The translations under genes were made by a program, and so were the position numbers. A stretch of DNA of 64,000 bases from an uncultured Acidimicrobiia bacterium (GTDB lineage Bacteria > Bacteroidota > Bacteroidia > Flavobacteriales > Flavobacteriaceae), in the NCBI GenBank assembly GCA_964195455.1, contig CAXMOR010000030.1:502-64501 (forward strand), written 5' to 3'. The notes under the pieces were generated by a model. The model was not told the DNA's origin. It did no database searches and saw nothing but the letters and a program-made list of their open reading frames with translations. Positions 28,601 to 37,142 of this stretch are shown in pieces. Positions within the stretch are counted from its first letter, which is position 1. The number at the start of each line of letters is the position of its first letter.

Positions 28601-30403
28601 TGAAGCAGCTATATCTGCAGTCCAAAATGTTCCATTATCATAAGAATTTCCCCAAACTCTGGACACTAAACTGTATTGTTGATTTCCAGAAAAGTTACGA
28701 TTATAAACATCAAACCAATATTCTTCTACAGCAGTTTGTTCTGTTGTATAAATATAAATTCCTAAATCTCTAATGCTATTATTTTCTGTGATAGTTCCCC
28801 AATGAATTAATGAAGATGCAAATTGCATACTTTCTGATGTTGATTCTTGATCATTCCCTTGCGGAAAAGTTGCAAATCCATTTGCCCAACTATGGCCAGC
28901 ATATGGACTAAAATTTCTTAAAAACGGAAATTGTGTGTCATTTCTGTCAGTGGAAGCTGCATCCCTGATTAAAATATTAATCATGTCCCCCCATTGTGAA
29001 GACCAACCTGGCTCAAATTGTTCCATAAAAGCAGCAGCATGAATAAAATATCCCCAATGAAAATGGTGATCATTAATGTTATTATCTTGTCCGTGACCTG
29101 CAGGATATCCTAGCATTGCCGACCAATTAGTATTATAATAAAATAAAAAAGCTACTTCTCCTGACTCATGCGTTAACCAATCTTCTAATCGTTCTTTTAT
29201 AGTAGCAATCATTTTATCTCTTGCTTCGATATCGCCTGTTTGATCTGCTATTCTAGCGGTTTGAATCAATCGATTCATCACCTGACCTTCATTGTAAGAA
29301 TCTGTCCAAGTTGCTAAACCATCATTCTCTATTTGAGAAATTTTAGCATCTAACTCTGAAGGGCTGAAACCTGCACTATAATTTGCCAAATAAGGTATTG
29401 TTGGTAAAATTCCTTTATAGGTATTTTCTACCGTAAAACTATTACCATCTAACATGTTTAAATCTCCTCTTACAGAGTTATAAGCGTACGTATTAGGTGT
29501 TGGTGAATTAGAACTTAAATTATACCATTGATGAGGTAATAACCCTAATAACATATTATAATTCGTACCCTCTTTTACATCTGTATCTGCAGTAAACGTA
29601 GTCGTTACCTTAGAACTATTTTCATTGTAACTCCAAATGGTTGAAGTACTTGAAGGAAATACATATGCATATTTTTTAAAATCTTGAGCGACACTGCTAA
29701 CATTACTTGTATTTTGTGGCAACATGGCCATAGACCAATAATCTTTACCGTTTAAAGTTGAAGTATATATATTTCCTAATTGTGACCAAGTACTTCCAGA
29801 AGGCGCATAAAAAACAAAATCGGCGCCACTTGTCGCGTTTTCTATAATTAAAATTTCATTTGAAATACTAACTGAACCAGAGTTTACCTTAATTTCTACA
29901 ATATCATCAGCATCTTTTTCAAAATATAAAAAAGGCATTCCGATACCTGAAGTAGCTTTTAATTCATGATTAGTATCCTTCCAATTCATAGAAACTGTCC
30001 AATCTGAATAATCTGAAACGGTAGATTTTGATGTATTTAAACCTGTTATACCGACTTCTATAGGGGCCGAATCTCCTATAACACCAAAAGGAATATAGGT
30101 TACAATTAAACCAGTATTCGTAGTTTTCATGGTCATAGGGTAATTAAACAAATTATCTGCGTGATTTTCTTTTACCAATTTAGACCACCAGTCATTTGTA
30201 GGTACAGGCTTACCAGCTGCATTTCCAGTTAATTGTGGAACACCAGAAGGATATCCATTTCTGCCCGCAGCATCTACTCCTGGATGTGTATTGGTATAGC
30301 TACCACTTCCTACTTGAACAGTTTGTGCGTTAATTGAAAAACAAATTAAAAGAAAAGAGATAAAAAAAGAAGCGCTTTTTTTGAGGGATTTTTTTTTAAA
30401 CAT
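25640..30403 (-). CDS. T9SS-secreted multidomain GH81-like endo-beta-1,3-glucanase (laminarinase candidate)
   Basis: The start is taken at MFKKKSLKK (ATG 30403..30401; the track ORF extends to 30433). The first ~750 aa carry NINDHHFHWGYF and GNDQESTSESMQF, which I recognise as GH81 hallmarks. The appended modules, all on the minus strand, are: Ig-like (27890..28153), CBM6-like (27392..27889), PKD-like (27113..27391), Ig-like (26831..27112), unknown module A, FN3 (26207..26503), unknown module B, and a T9SS C-terminal domain. Confidence 0.85.
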   Translation of the reverse strand: MFKKKSLKKSASFFISFLLICFSINAQTVQVGSGSYTNTHPGVDAAGRNGYPSGVPQLTGNAAGKPVPTNDWWSKLVKENHADNLFNYPMTMKTTNTGLIVTYIPFGVIGDSAPIEVGITGLNTSKSTVSDYSDWTVSMNWKDTNHELKATSGIGMPFLYFEKDADDIVEIKVNSGSVSISNEILIIENATSGADFVFYAPSGSTWSQLGNIYTSTLNGKDYWSMAMLPQNTSNVSSVAQDFKKYAYVFPSSTSTIWSYNENSSKVTTTFTADTDVKEGTNYNMLLGLLPHQWYNLSSNSPTPNTYAYNSVRGDLNMLDGNSFTVENTYKGILPTIPYLANYSAGFSPSELDAKISQIENDGLATWTDSYNEGQVMNRLIQTARIADQTGDIEARDKMIATIKERLEDWLTHESGEVAFLFYYNTNWSAMLGYPAGHGQDNNINDHHFHWGYFIHAAAFMEQFEPGWSSQWGDMINILIRDAASTDRNDTQFPFLRNFSPYAGHSWANGFATFPQGNDQESTSESMQFASSLIHWGTITENNSIRDLGIYIYTTEQTAVEEYWFDVYNRNFSGNQQYSLVSRVWGNSYDNGTFWTADIAASYGIEMYPIHGGSFYLGHNQEYSKKLWAEITSNTGVLSKEDNDNLWHDTYWKYLSFTNPQEAVNLYNAYPERNLKFGISDAQTYHWLHGVNAMGVVDAAITADYPIALVFKQNGETTYVAHNYSDSEIIVTYSDGFQLTVPANQMITSRDINVSGVLSSDFAQAFPNGSVKLSTTIAGTGITKVEFFDGTTSIGEDTIAPYQVKADNLTLGVHGFYAKIFVNDHFNVTNIVNVQVGEQVSYSGTPISIPGTFEAGFYDKFEGGIGQNIAYVDNSIGNNGNFRTEENVDAISVNQEGATVGWTGAGEWMEYAIKVETAGLYDLSYRAASGNSSGGGPFYFEIEGEKISPSIAVPNSNGWNNWITNSASDIALKKGEHILRLFIESGEFNIGRMIFSYKNPLSFVSPVANAGENISVISPITTATLNGSLSNDPEGDVITYNWQQIYGPSSISFDNITIASPNVSNLEDGVYKLKLTVSDGTYTDFDEVLILVSPEGNLSPSISITSPSNGSSFKEGDDINITTISSDLDGSITIVEFFEGAEKIGEDTTAPFSLIWGNVSIGSHEITAVATDDLAVKTTSEAVNITVAEENLCSETSTESQQGNFSQGYEVTFDTVGSSVTITFKLLDTNRAGVVAYLWKQSPFSETQLAEVDDLTFSKTISGFTKGETISYACKFAYSGGLAATKYFSYVVGNNCSGSNSDITAPVNFTASLGSVTSSSVELSLNATDDSGKVIYDISYGGSSESVNGDSGVQQSYIVNSLTPETLYSFTIAAKDLSGNVASNNPIILQATTAVNSNSQCSGSESDASQGSFSIGYTYEFVTNGTDVTITFELLDTDKSDVGAYLWKEFPFSETTMNAGSGKKFSKTISGLTNGEIISYACKFAFAGGLAVTKYLSYTVGDNCTLNVENSILEQAVKLYPNPVKNVLYIDSTIHTIIKIEIYSVVGKKVLEFNRNLGKLNIKELSSGLYLIKISSKNGGFTTKFIKE
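25643..25858 (-). other. T9SS (Por) C-terminal sorting domain of the GH81 protein
   Basis: The last 72 aa are VKLYPNPVKNVLYIDS...LSSGLYLIKISSKNGGFTTKFIKE. Confidence 0.85.
25895..26206 (-). repeat. Unknown Cys-framed 104-aa module, copy B (coding)
   Basis: CSGSESDASQGSFSIGY...SYACKFAFAGGLAVTKYLSYTVGDNC. By-eye alignment gives 62/104 identical residues to copy A. Confidence 0.8.
26519..26830 (-). repeat. Unknown Cys-framed 104-aa module, copy A (coding)
   Basis: CSETSTESQQGNFSQGY...SYACKFAYSGGLAATKYFSYVVGNNC. It is separated from copy B by an FN3 domain. Confidence 0.8.
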
Positions 30404-30545
30404 ATAAATTATTTTTTTAAATAAAAATATCACTTTACCTTGTTATCCCAAAGAATTAAGACCATACAAATACTATACAAAAACAATTTTTCATAAATAT
30501 TTCGTTTTTCTAAAAACAAAAAGCATCTCCTATAACAATTTGCAA

Positions 30546-30580
30546 TAAAAAAGCCGCTAGAGAATTTCTAGCGGCTTTTT
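30546..30580. terminator. Bidirectional intrinsic terminator downstream of folE
   Basis: aaaaaagccgctag / agaattt / ctagcggcttttt. Confidence 0.75.
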
Positions 30581-30604
30581 GTGTTCTTTATTTGATTATA
30601 AAAA

Positions 30605-31294
30605 TCAATCAAAATTAGTATTCATTTTCAGATAATCTAAAAATTCTCTTTTCGTATTTTTTTCTTTAAACTTACCTCCAAATTCTGCAGTTACAGTAGA
30701 ACTTTCTATGTCTTTAATTCCTCTAGAATTTACACACAAATGTTTTGCATCTATTATACAAGCAACATCTTCTGTTCCTAAAGCTTCTTGCATAGCCTGC
30801 ACAACTTGCATCGTTAAACGCTCTTGCACTTGAGGCCTTTTTGCAAAATACTCTACAATTCTATTCATTTTAGAAAGCCCAATTACTTTTCCATCAGAAA
30901 TGTAAGCAACATGTGCTCTTCCTATAATTGGTAATAAATGATGTTCGCAAGTAGAATATAAAACAATATTCTTCTCTACCAACATTTCACCATAATTGTA
31001 ATTATTATCAAACGTTGATGCCTTTGGCATATTTTTAGGGTTTAACCCCATAAATATCTCATTTACAAAAGCTTTTGCAACTCTTTTCGGAGTTCCTTGT
31101 AAACTGTCATCCGTTAAATCCATTCCCAAAGTGTTTAAAATATCTTTTACACTTTCTTGGATTCTTTCTATTTTTTCTTCGTCAGAAATATTAAAAGCAT
31201 CCGCTCTTAACGGAGTTTTAGCTGATGTACCTATATGGTTCTCTCCTATTTCTTCAATTCTATCGTCATTCATTTTGCTGTTCAATTCAAACAT
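30605..31294 (-). CDS. folE: GTP cyclohydrolase I
   Basis: 229 aa with TPKRVAKAF and the zinc-site context YSTCEHHLLPIIGRAHVAY. Confidence 0.93.
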   Translation of the reverse strand: MFELNSKMNDDRIEEIGENHIGTSAKTPLRADAFNISDEEKIERIQESVKDILNTLGMDLTDDSLQGTPKRVAKAFVNEIFMGLNPKNMPKASTFDNNYNYGEMLVEKNIVLYSTCEHHLLPIIGRAHVAYISDGKVIGLSKMNRIVEYFAKRPQVQERLTMQVVQAMQEALGTEDVACIIDAKHLCVNSRGIKDIESSTVTAEFGGKFKEKNTKREFLDYLKMNTNFD

Positions 31295-31381
31295 TTCAAT
31301 CTTAATTAAGGTGCAAATTTACGTGTTTACAACGTATTATTTTAGTTTATTAATAAATTATAACTATAAAACTATATTTTT

Positions 31382-32749
31382 TTACGCTTTCAACTTATTT
31401 ACCAATTCTGATAAAGAACAATTTGTTTGCTCCCCAGAATTCATGCTTTTTAAAGTGAAAACATCATTTTCTACTTTAGAAACTACAAATTCTATTTCTC
31501 TATTGGAAACATATTTCCATTGACGTTTTTGTTGTTTATTACTTTCACCTAAATCCGGATAAAACTCAGATTTTATTGCCTGTTCTCTCAAACTTTTTAT
31601 TGTTTTCATTTTAATACTGTCTGTCGCCGCATCAAAATTTAAGAAAATAACTTTCGGTTTTGGTAAATCAACTACTTTAAACAAACTTAATTCTTCTAAA
31701 ACCAGGTAGATTCTATCCAATCCAAAAGAAATTCCAACTCCAGAAACATCTTTTAAACCAAAAATTCCTGTTAAGTCGTCATATCTTCCACCTCCACCAA
31801 TAGAACCCATTTTCACGCTTTCTGGCGCCGAAACTTCAAAGATGGCTCCTGTGTAATAGTTTAAACCTCTTGCCAAGGTTACATCTATTTCTAACGTTGA
31901 ACTTTCTAAACCTAATTCATCAATAGCATTAATCACAAAACGCAACTCATCAACTCCGTTTTTTCCTTCATCAGATGTTTGTAACAGACTCTCTAAAGAA
32001 GCTAAATTCTCTAAATTAGACCCAGAAAAATCAAACAAAGGTTGTACTTTTTTAATGGCATCTTCAGTAATTCCTTTGGCGAGCATCTCTTTAATGACAC
32101 CTTCTTTACCAATCTTATCTAACTTATCTAAAGCAACTGTAAAATCGATTAATTTATCTTGCGCCCCTATAACTTCTGCAATTCCAGAAAGTATTTTTCT
32201 ATTGTTTATTTTGATGGTTGTTCCTTCTAAACCCAGTTTACCAAAAACAGTATCGTATAATTGAATAAACTCAACTTCTTGCCATAAAGATTTGCTTCCA
32301 ACCACATCTGCATCACACTGAAAAAATTCTCTAAAACGTCCTTTTTGTGGTCTATCTGCTCTCCAAACAGGTTGTACTTGATACCGTTTAAAAGGAAATG
32401 TAATCTCATTTTGGTGCTGCACAACATATCTTGCAAAAGGAACTGTTAAATCATAACGTAAAGCTTTTTCAGAGATTTGAGACGTTAATTTTAAGCTGTT
32501 TTTTTCTGTCAATAATTTTTCATCAGCTTTCGCTAAAAAATCCCCAGAATTTAAAATTTTAAAAATAAGTCTATCTCCTTCTTCACCATATTTACCCATT
32601 AAAGTTGATGAATTCTCAAAACTTGGAGTTTCTATGGGTTGAAATCCGAAAGTTTCAAAAGCAGTTTTAATTGTATTACTGATATATGTCCTGTTTGCTA
32701 CTTCTGTTGGCGAAAAATCTCTTGTTCCTTTTGGGATGCTTGGTTTCAT
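31382..32749 (-). CDS. hisS: Histidine--tRNA ligase
   Basis: 455 aa with PKGTRDF, YQVQPVWRADRPQKGRFREFFQCD and GGGGRYD. Confidence 0.95.
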   Translation of the reverse strand: MKPSIPKGTRDFSPTEVANRTYISNTIKTAFETFGFQPIETPSFENSSTLMGKYGEEGDRLIFKILNSGDFLAKADEKLLTEKNSLKLTSQISEKALRYDLTVPFARYVVQHQNEITFPFKRYQVQPVWRADRPQKGRFREFFQCDADVVGSKSLWQEVEFIQLYDTVFGKLGLEGTTIKINNRKILSGIAEVIGAQDKLIDFTVALDKLDKIGKEGVIKEMLAKGITEDAIKKVQPLFDFSGSNLENLASLESLLQTSDEGKNGVDELRFVINAIDELGLESSTLEIDVTLARGLNYYTGAIFEVSAPESVKMGSIGGGGRYDDLTGIFGLKDVSGVGISFGLDRIYLVLEELSLFKVVDLPKPKVIFLNFDAATDSIKMKTIKSLREQAIKSEFYPDLGESNKQQKRQWKYVSNREIEFVVSKVENDVFTLKSMNSGEQTNCSLSELVNKLKA

Positions 32750-32980
32750 TTTTGATATTTTCTTTCATTCCTGTCTTTCAATATCGCTCAAGATAAACTT
32801 CAACAGAAATATATTTATTACTATATTAAAGAAAAATGAGCTTCCTCATAATTCTTTGTTTGATATGACAAACCGTTAGAAAAGTTAATTTTTCTTAGGA
32901 ATGACAAACTGCACATAAAGTTGGTTTTTCTCAAGAGTGAAATACCAAAATCAATTGCGCGGACAAATATCGTGAAAAAG

Positions 32981-33928
32981 TTATAGTTTTTCAGAAGTTG
33001 TAACCATTTTATTTCTGCGCCTTAAACTGTATAAAGAAGCATTTAATTCAAAACCTAATAAGAGAATTATCGCATTTAACCACACAAATAACATTAAGAT
33101 TAAAAGAGTTCCAATAGAACCATATAATTGATTGTACTGTGCAAATTTAACCACGTAAATCCCAAATAAATAAAAGGTACATAAAGATAAAATAGTAGTT
33201 AAAATTGCACCTCCAGAAAAAAACTTCGTCTCTTTACCTTGTTTAGTTCCATACCTAAAGAGTAAGGAAACTATCGTAAAAATCATCACTAAAAAAAGAA
33301 GTCCTCTTCCATAATAAAAAAGGTTTAAATCATCTGTATGCAACCAACCTATTTCATCAATTTTAGTCAACGCTACCTGATATAAAATAACCAAAATAAT
33401 TGTGACTATTAAAAAAAGAGAAATTAACAAAGAAACTCCTAAAGAGATAAAATACGCTCTAAAAACGTTTCGTATTTCTTTTACATGGTAAGAATATTCA
33501 AATCCACCAAAGATTGCATTGACTCCATTTGTCATTAAAAAAATTGACAATAAGAAACCAAAAGACAACAAACCTCCGTATTGATTGTTAAGAATATCAT
33601 TAAGCACCAAGTCTACAGCTTCAAAAGTTTGTGGTGGTAGAATATCTTTGATAAATGAAAACAAACCTTCTGAAAAACCATCTATTGGTATGTAAGGAAT
33701 TAAGGTTAAAATAAACAGCATAAAAGGAAAAACCGCCATAAAAAAGCTAAATGCAATCCCTCCTGCCCTAGTTGTTAAAGCACCTTCTGCAATACCAATA
33801 ATATACATTTCTAGAACATCATACAAAGACATCCCTTCTAAACCTGGTATTTTTATTTTCTTCCCAAATTTCACCAATATATGTACAATTGGTATTTTTT
33901 CTAGTTTGTCCTCTATTTCTTTACTCAT
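32981..33928 (-). CDS. YihY/BrkB-family inner-membrane protein
   Basis: 315 aa polytopic membrane protein. The N-terminal RAGGIAFSFFMAVFPF motif is typical of the family. Confidence 0.8.
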   Translation of the reverse strand: MSKEIEDKLEKIPIVHILVKFGKKIKIPGLEGMSLYDVLEMYIIGIAEGALTTRAGGIAFSFFMAVFPFMLFILTLIPYIPIDGFSEGLFSFIKDILPPQTFEAVDLVLNDILNNQYGGLLSFGFLLSIFLMTNGVNAIFGGFEYSYHVKEIRNVFRAYFISLGVSLLISLFLIVTIILVILYQVALTKIDEIGWLHTDDLNLFYYGRGLLFLVMIFTIVSLLFRYGTKQGKETKFFSGGAILTTILSLCTFYLFGIYVVKFAQYNQLYGSIGTLLILMLFVWLNAIILLLGFELNASLYSLRRRNKMVTTSEKL

Positions 33929-33970
33929 TCGTTCTTTTGTCTTTCATACATTTCCTTAAAAGGGAAAAAC

Positions 33971-34450
33971 TTACTCGATATTTAGTTTATTTAAATTTAA
34001 AAATAACTCTTTAAAAATTAGTTCTTTTGTGTTTGCTGAAATAGAATCTTTTAAAAAAAGGAAATTGGCATCAAAAGCGATACTCGATAAAAGACCATAT
34101 TTATTGTTAAAAAACAAAGTTTTGTTATGACTATTAGTTTCTTTTATTTGATATATTTTAAATGCTAAACTTTTAGACTTATATACTTTTTTTGTTACTG
34201 AAAAGGTATCAAAATCTGATATCAAAAAATTTCCTGCCAAATTGTATTTTAAATCTATATTTAATAGAGAATCTATTTGATGTTTGTATTCAAAATTAAT
34301 GAATCCTTGTTTTTTAATAATATTTAAACTGAATTTTTTAATGCTATCTCTTTGTAATGAATACTCATAAACAGAAATATTCTTTTCTTTTTTTCCACAA
34401 CTAACAAGAAAAAAAACGAATAGTAACCCATAAAAATTTATACTTTTCAT
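33971..34450 (-). CDS. Hypothetical lipoprotein
   Basis: 159 aa with the lipobox LVSCGKK. The start overlaps the stop of the pentapeptide-repeat gene by 4 nt. Confidence 0.6.
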   Translation of the reverse strand: MKSINFYGLLFVFFLVSCGKKEKNISVYEYSLQRDSIKKFSLNIIKKQGFINFEYKHQIDSLLNIDLKYNLAGNFLISDFDTFSVTKKVYKSKSLAFKIYQIKETNSHNKTLFFNNKYGLLSSIAFDANFLFLKDSISANTKELIFKELFLNLNKLNIE

Positions 34451-35019
34451 TCGATAATAATCTTATAATACGTGAGAAGTCCATAAAGATTTTCTCTACT
34501 AAACTTTGCTTCTTTTAAACGATTTCTCTCAGGATTGACATTAAAATTAAATGCCGTTCTAAAATCTGATTTTTCTAAATTAGTATGCTCAAAAATAGCT
34601 CCTTTTAAATCTGAATTATAAAAAAAGCAGCCACTTGCTATTGTTTCTGTAAAATCTACTTCTTGTAAATTACAGTTTTCAAATTTTGTGCTCGGTATTT
34701 TTAATTGATAAAAAGACGATAAATTCAACTGACATTCTTTGAATGACATCTGGAGTAAAAATAGATTTACTTCATTAAATTTCACACCAATCATCTTACA
34801 ATTGGTGAAGTTTACATTTTTAAAAGCACTATCTTTAATAATAGTATTACTAAAATTACAATCTATAAATTCGCACTCTACAAATTGTATATTAGAAGCA
34901 TGAATTCCTTCAAAATTACAATTTACAAATGTACAATTGTCGTATTCTCCTTTCTTGATTTTAGTTTTAGTAAAATTAATTTTTGAATATTCTTCACTAT
35001 CAAAATAATTGTCTGTCAT
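34447..35019 (-). CDS. Pentapeptide-repeat protein
   Basis: 190 aa. The five-residue periodicity is uninterrupted (CTFVN CNFEG IHASN IQFVE CEFID CNFSN ...). Confidence 0.85.
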   Translation of the reverse strand: MTDNYFDSEEYSKINFTKTKIKKGEYDNCTFVNCNFEGIHASNIQFVECEFIDCNFSNTIIKDSAFKNVNFTNCKMIGVKFNEVNLFLLQMSFKECQLNLSSFYQLKIPSTKFENCNLQEVDFTETIASGCFFYNSDLKGAIFEHTNLEKSDFRTAFNFNVNPERNRLKEAKFSRENLYGLLTYYKIIIE

Positions 35020-35041
35020 CTCTTTTTCTGAAGTTACAACT

Positions 35042-35899
35042 CTAAAAAGCTTTTAAGCTTAAGTCTAAATTATAAACTGAATGAGTTAACGCGCCAGATG
35101 AAATAAAATCGACACCACAATCAGCATATTTTCTAATTGTTTTTTCATTAATTCCGCCAGAAGATTCTGTCAAACAAGCATCACCAATTAATGTAACGGC
35201 TTTTCTAGTATCTGCATAATTAAAGTTATCAATCAAAATTCGGTAAACTTCATGGTTAGAAAGAATCTCTTTAATTTCTTCTAAACTTCTTGCTTCGACA
35301 ATTATTTTAAGATCTAATTTATTTTTAGCTAAATACTTCTTCGTTTTTGTGATTGCAGCTGTAATTCCGCCTGCAAAATCGATATGATTATCTTTAATCA
35401 TTATCATGTCATACAATGCAAAACGGTGGTTCGCTCCTCCTCCAATTTTTACAGCCCATTTTTCTAAAGCCCTAATCCCTGGAGTTGTTTTTCTTGTATC
35501 TAAGACTTTGGTTTTTGTTCCTTTTAATAAATCAGCAAAAAAAGCAGTTTTTGTGGCAATTGCACTCATTCTTTGCATTGCATTTAAGACTAATCTTTCT
35601 GCCATTAAAATAGATTGAGATTTACCAGAAACATGAAAAACGATATCTCCAAACTTTACTTTTTCTCCATCATTTATAAAAGTTTCTATCTGTAAATCTG
35701 AATCTACATACTTAAAAACTTGTTTCGCAAATTTAACACCTGCTATAATTCCATCGTCTTTTACTAACAATTTTGCGTTCCCTAGAGCGTCATCAGGAAT
35801 GCATGAAAGTGATGTATGATCTCCATCTCCAATATCTTCCCTAATAGCATTTACAATTATTAATTCTAACTCTTTTTCAAATTGTTCTTTTGATATCAT
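35042..35899 (-). CDS. nadC: Nicotinate-nucleotide diphosphorylase (carboxylating)
   Basis: 285 aa with VLDTRKTTPGIR, GGGANHR and IMIKDNH. Confidence 0.93.
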   Translation of the reverse strand: MISKEQFEKELELIIVNAIREDIGDGDHTSLSCIPDDALGNAKLLVKDDGIIAGVKFAKQVFKYVDSDLQIETFINDGEKVKFGDIVFHVSGKSQSILMAERLVLNAMQRMSAIATKTAFFADLLKGTKTKVLDTRKTTPGIRALEKWAVKIGGGANHRFALYDMIMIKDNHIDFAGGITAAITKTKKYLAKNKLDLKIIVEARSLEEIKEILSNHEVYRILIDNFNYADTRKAVTLIGDACLTESSGGINEKTIRKYADCGVDFISSGALTHSVYNLDLSLKAF

Positions 35900-35962
35900 T
35901 CTATAAACTTTATTCTAATGTAAAAATAGTAATTCATAATTCATAATTCGTAATTTTACAAC

Positions 35963-36436
35963 ATGAAAATTAAATTGCTAGGTATCGGTAAAACTGACAA
36001 TAAACAATTAGTTCAGTTAATTGATGAATATCAAAATCGTTTAAAACATTATATAAAGTTCGAATTAGAGTTAATTCCAGATATTAAAAATGTAAAGAAT
36101 TTGAGTGAACATCAGCAAAAAGAAAAAGAAGGCGAATTAATTTTAGCTAAACTTCAAAACACAGATCAGTTGGTTTTACTAGATGATAAAGGGAAGCACT
36201 ATACTTCTGTTGAATTTTCTGAGTATATACAAAAGAAGATGAATGCTGGTCTTAAACAATTAGTTTTAGTAATAGGTGGCCCCTATGGTTTTTCTGATGC
36301 TGTTTATAAAAAATCAATTGGAAAAATATCTTTATCAAAAATGACATTTTCCCATCAAATGATTCGTCTTTTTATCGTAGAACAGCTTTATAGAGGATTC
36401 ACTATTTTAAAAAACGAACCTTATCATCATGAATAA
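35963..36436 (+). CDS. rlmH: 23S rRNA (pseudouridine1915-N3)-methyltransferase
   Basis: 157 aa SPOUT protein with LVIGGPYGFS and SLSKMTFSHQM. Confidence 0.9.
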   Translation: MKIKLLGIGKTDNKQLVQLIDEYQNRLKHYIKFELELIPDIKNVKNLSEHQQKEKEGELILAKLQNTDQLVLLDDKGKHYTSVEFSEYIQKKMNAGLKQLVLVIGGPYGFSDAVYKKSIGKISLSKMTFSHQMIRLFIVEQLYRGFTILKNEPYHHE

Positions 36437-36457
36437 CTTCATATTTTTCTTTTTAAA

Positions 36458-36486
36458 TTGTAAAGAATAAAAACTTTGTAACTTTG
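36458..36486 (+). promoter_or_regulatory. Candidate sigma-A promoter for the rdgB / ABC transporter unit
   Basis: TTG (36458..36460), an 18-nt spacer, then TAACTTTG (36479..36486). The ATG lies 30 nt downstream. Confidence 0.45.
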
Positions 36487-36516
36487 ATACTTTAAAAACT
36501 TTGCAACTTATAAATA

Positions 36517-37095
36517 ATGAAATTAGTTTTTGCTACCAACAACCTTAACAAACTGAAAGAAGTGCAAGAAATGTTACCAAATTCAATAGAACTATTGAGT
36601 TTGAAAGACATTGATTGTTTTGAAGACATTGATGAAACTGAAACTACTTTAGATGGAAATGCAAAATTAAAAGCTAATTATATTACAGAGAGGTTTGGTT
36701 ATAATTGTTTTGCTGATGATACAGGTTTAGAAGTAGAGAGTTTAGATGGGAAACCTGGAGTATATTCTGCACGTTATGCCGGGGAACCCTCAAGTTCTGA
36801 AAATAACATGCAAAAACTATTATCAGATTTAAAAGAAGAACCAAACAGAAAAGCGCAATTTAGAACAGCAATTTGTTTGAATTTAAATAAACAGCAATTT
36901 TTGTTCGAAGGAATATGTAAAGGTGAAATTTTAACAGAAAAACATGGTAAGCATGGTTTTGGATACGATCCAATTTTTAAGCCAAAGGGTTTTGATATAT
37001 CTTTTGCGAAAATGACTTCAGAAGAAAAAAACACGATTTCCCATAGAGGAATTGCAATACAGAAGTTAGTTGAATTTTTATCAAATTATAAATAA
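36517..37095 (+). CDS. rdgB: Non-canonical purine NTP pyrophosphatase (RdgB/HAM1)
   Basis: 192 aa with [29 protein letters not shown] and SHRG. Confidence 0.92.
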   Translation: MKLVFATNNLNKLKEVQEMLPNSIELLSLKDIDCFEDIDETETTLDGNAKLKANYITERFGYNCFADDTGLEVESLDGKPGVYSARYAGEPSSSENNMQKLLSDLKEEPNRKAQFRTAICLNLNKQQFLFEGICKGEILTEKHGKHGFGYDPIFKPKGFDISFAKMTSEEKNTISHRGIAIQKLVEFLSNYK

Positions 37096-37142
37096 AATTT
37101 TAGACTTCACAAGTTTTAAAACATGTGAAATCTTGCACAAAA

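Noticed and set aside
31131-31523. 130-aa plus-strand ORF bridging the folE 5' end and the hisS 3' end.
   Set aside because: It overlaps two well-supported minus-strand genes, and its product is low-complexity.
32750-32980. 231-bp hisS upstream spacer with short inverted matches (cattcct / aggaatg, gtttg..caaac) that might indicate a T-box or attenuator.
   Set aside because: The stems are only 5-7 bp and widely separated. No specifier or T-box consensus is visible, and T-box leaders are not expected in Bacteroidota.
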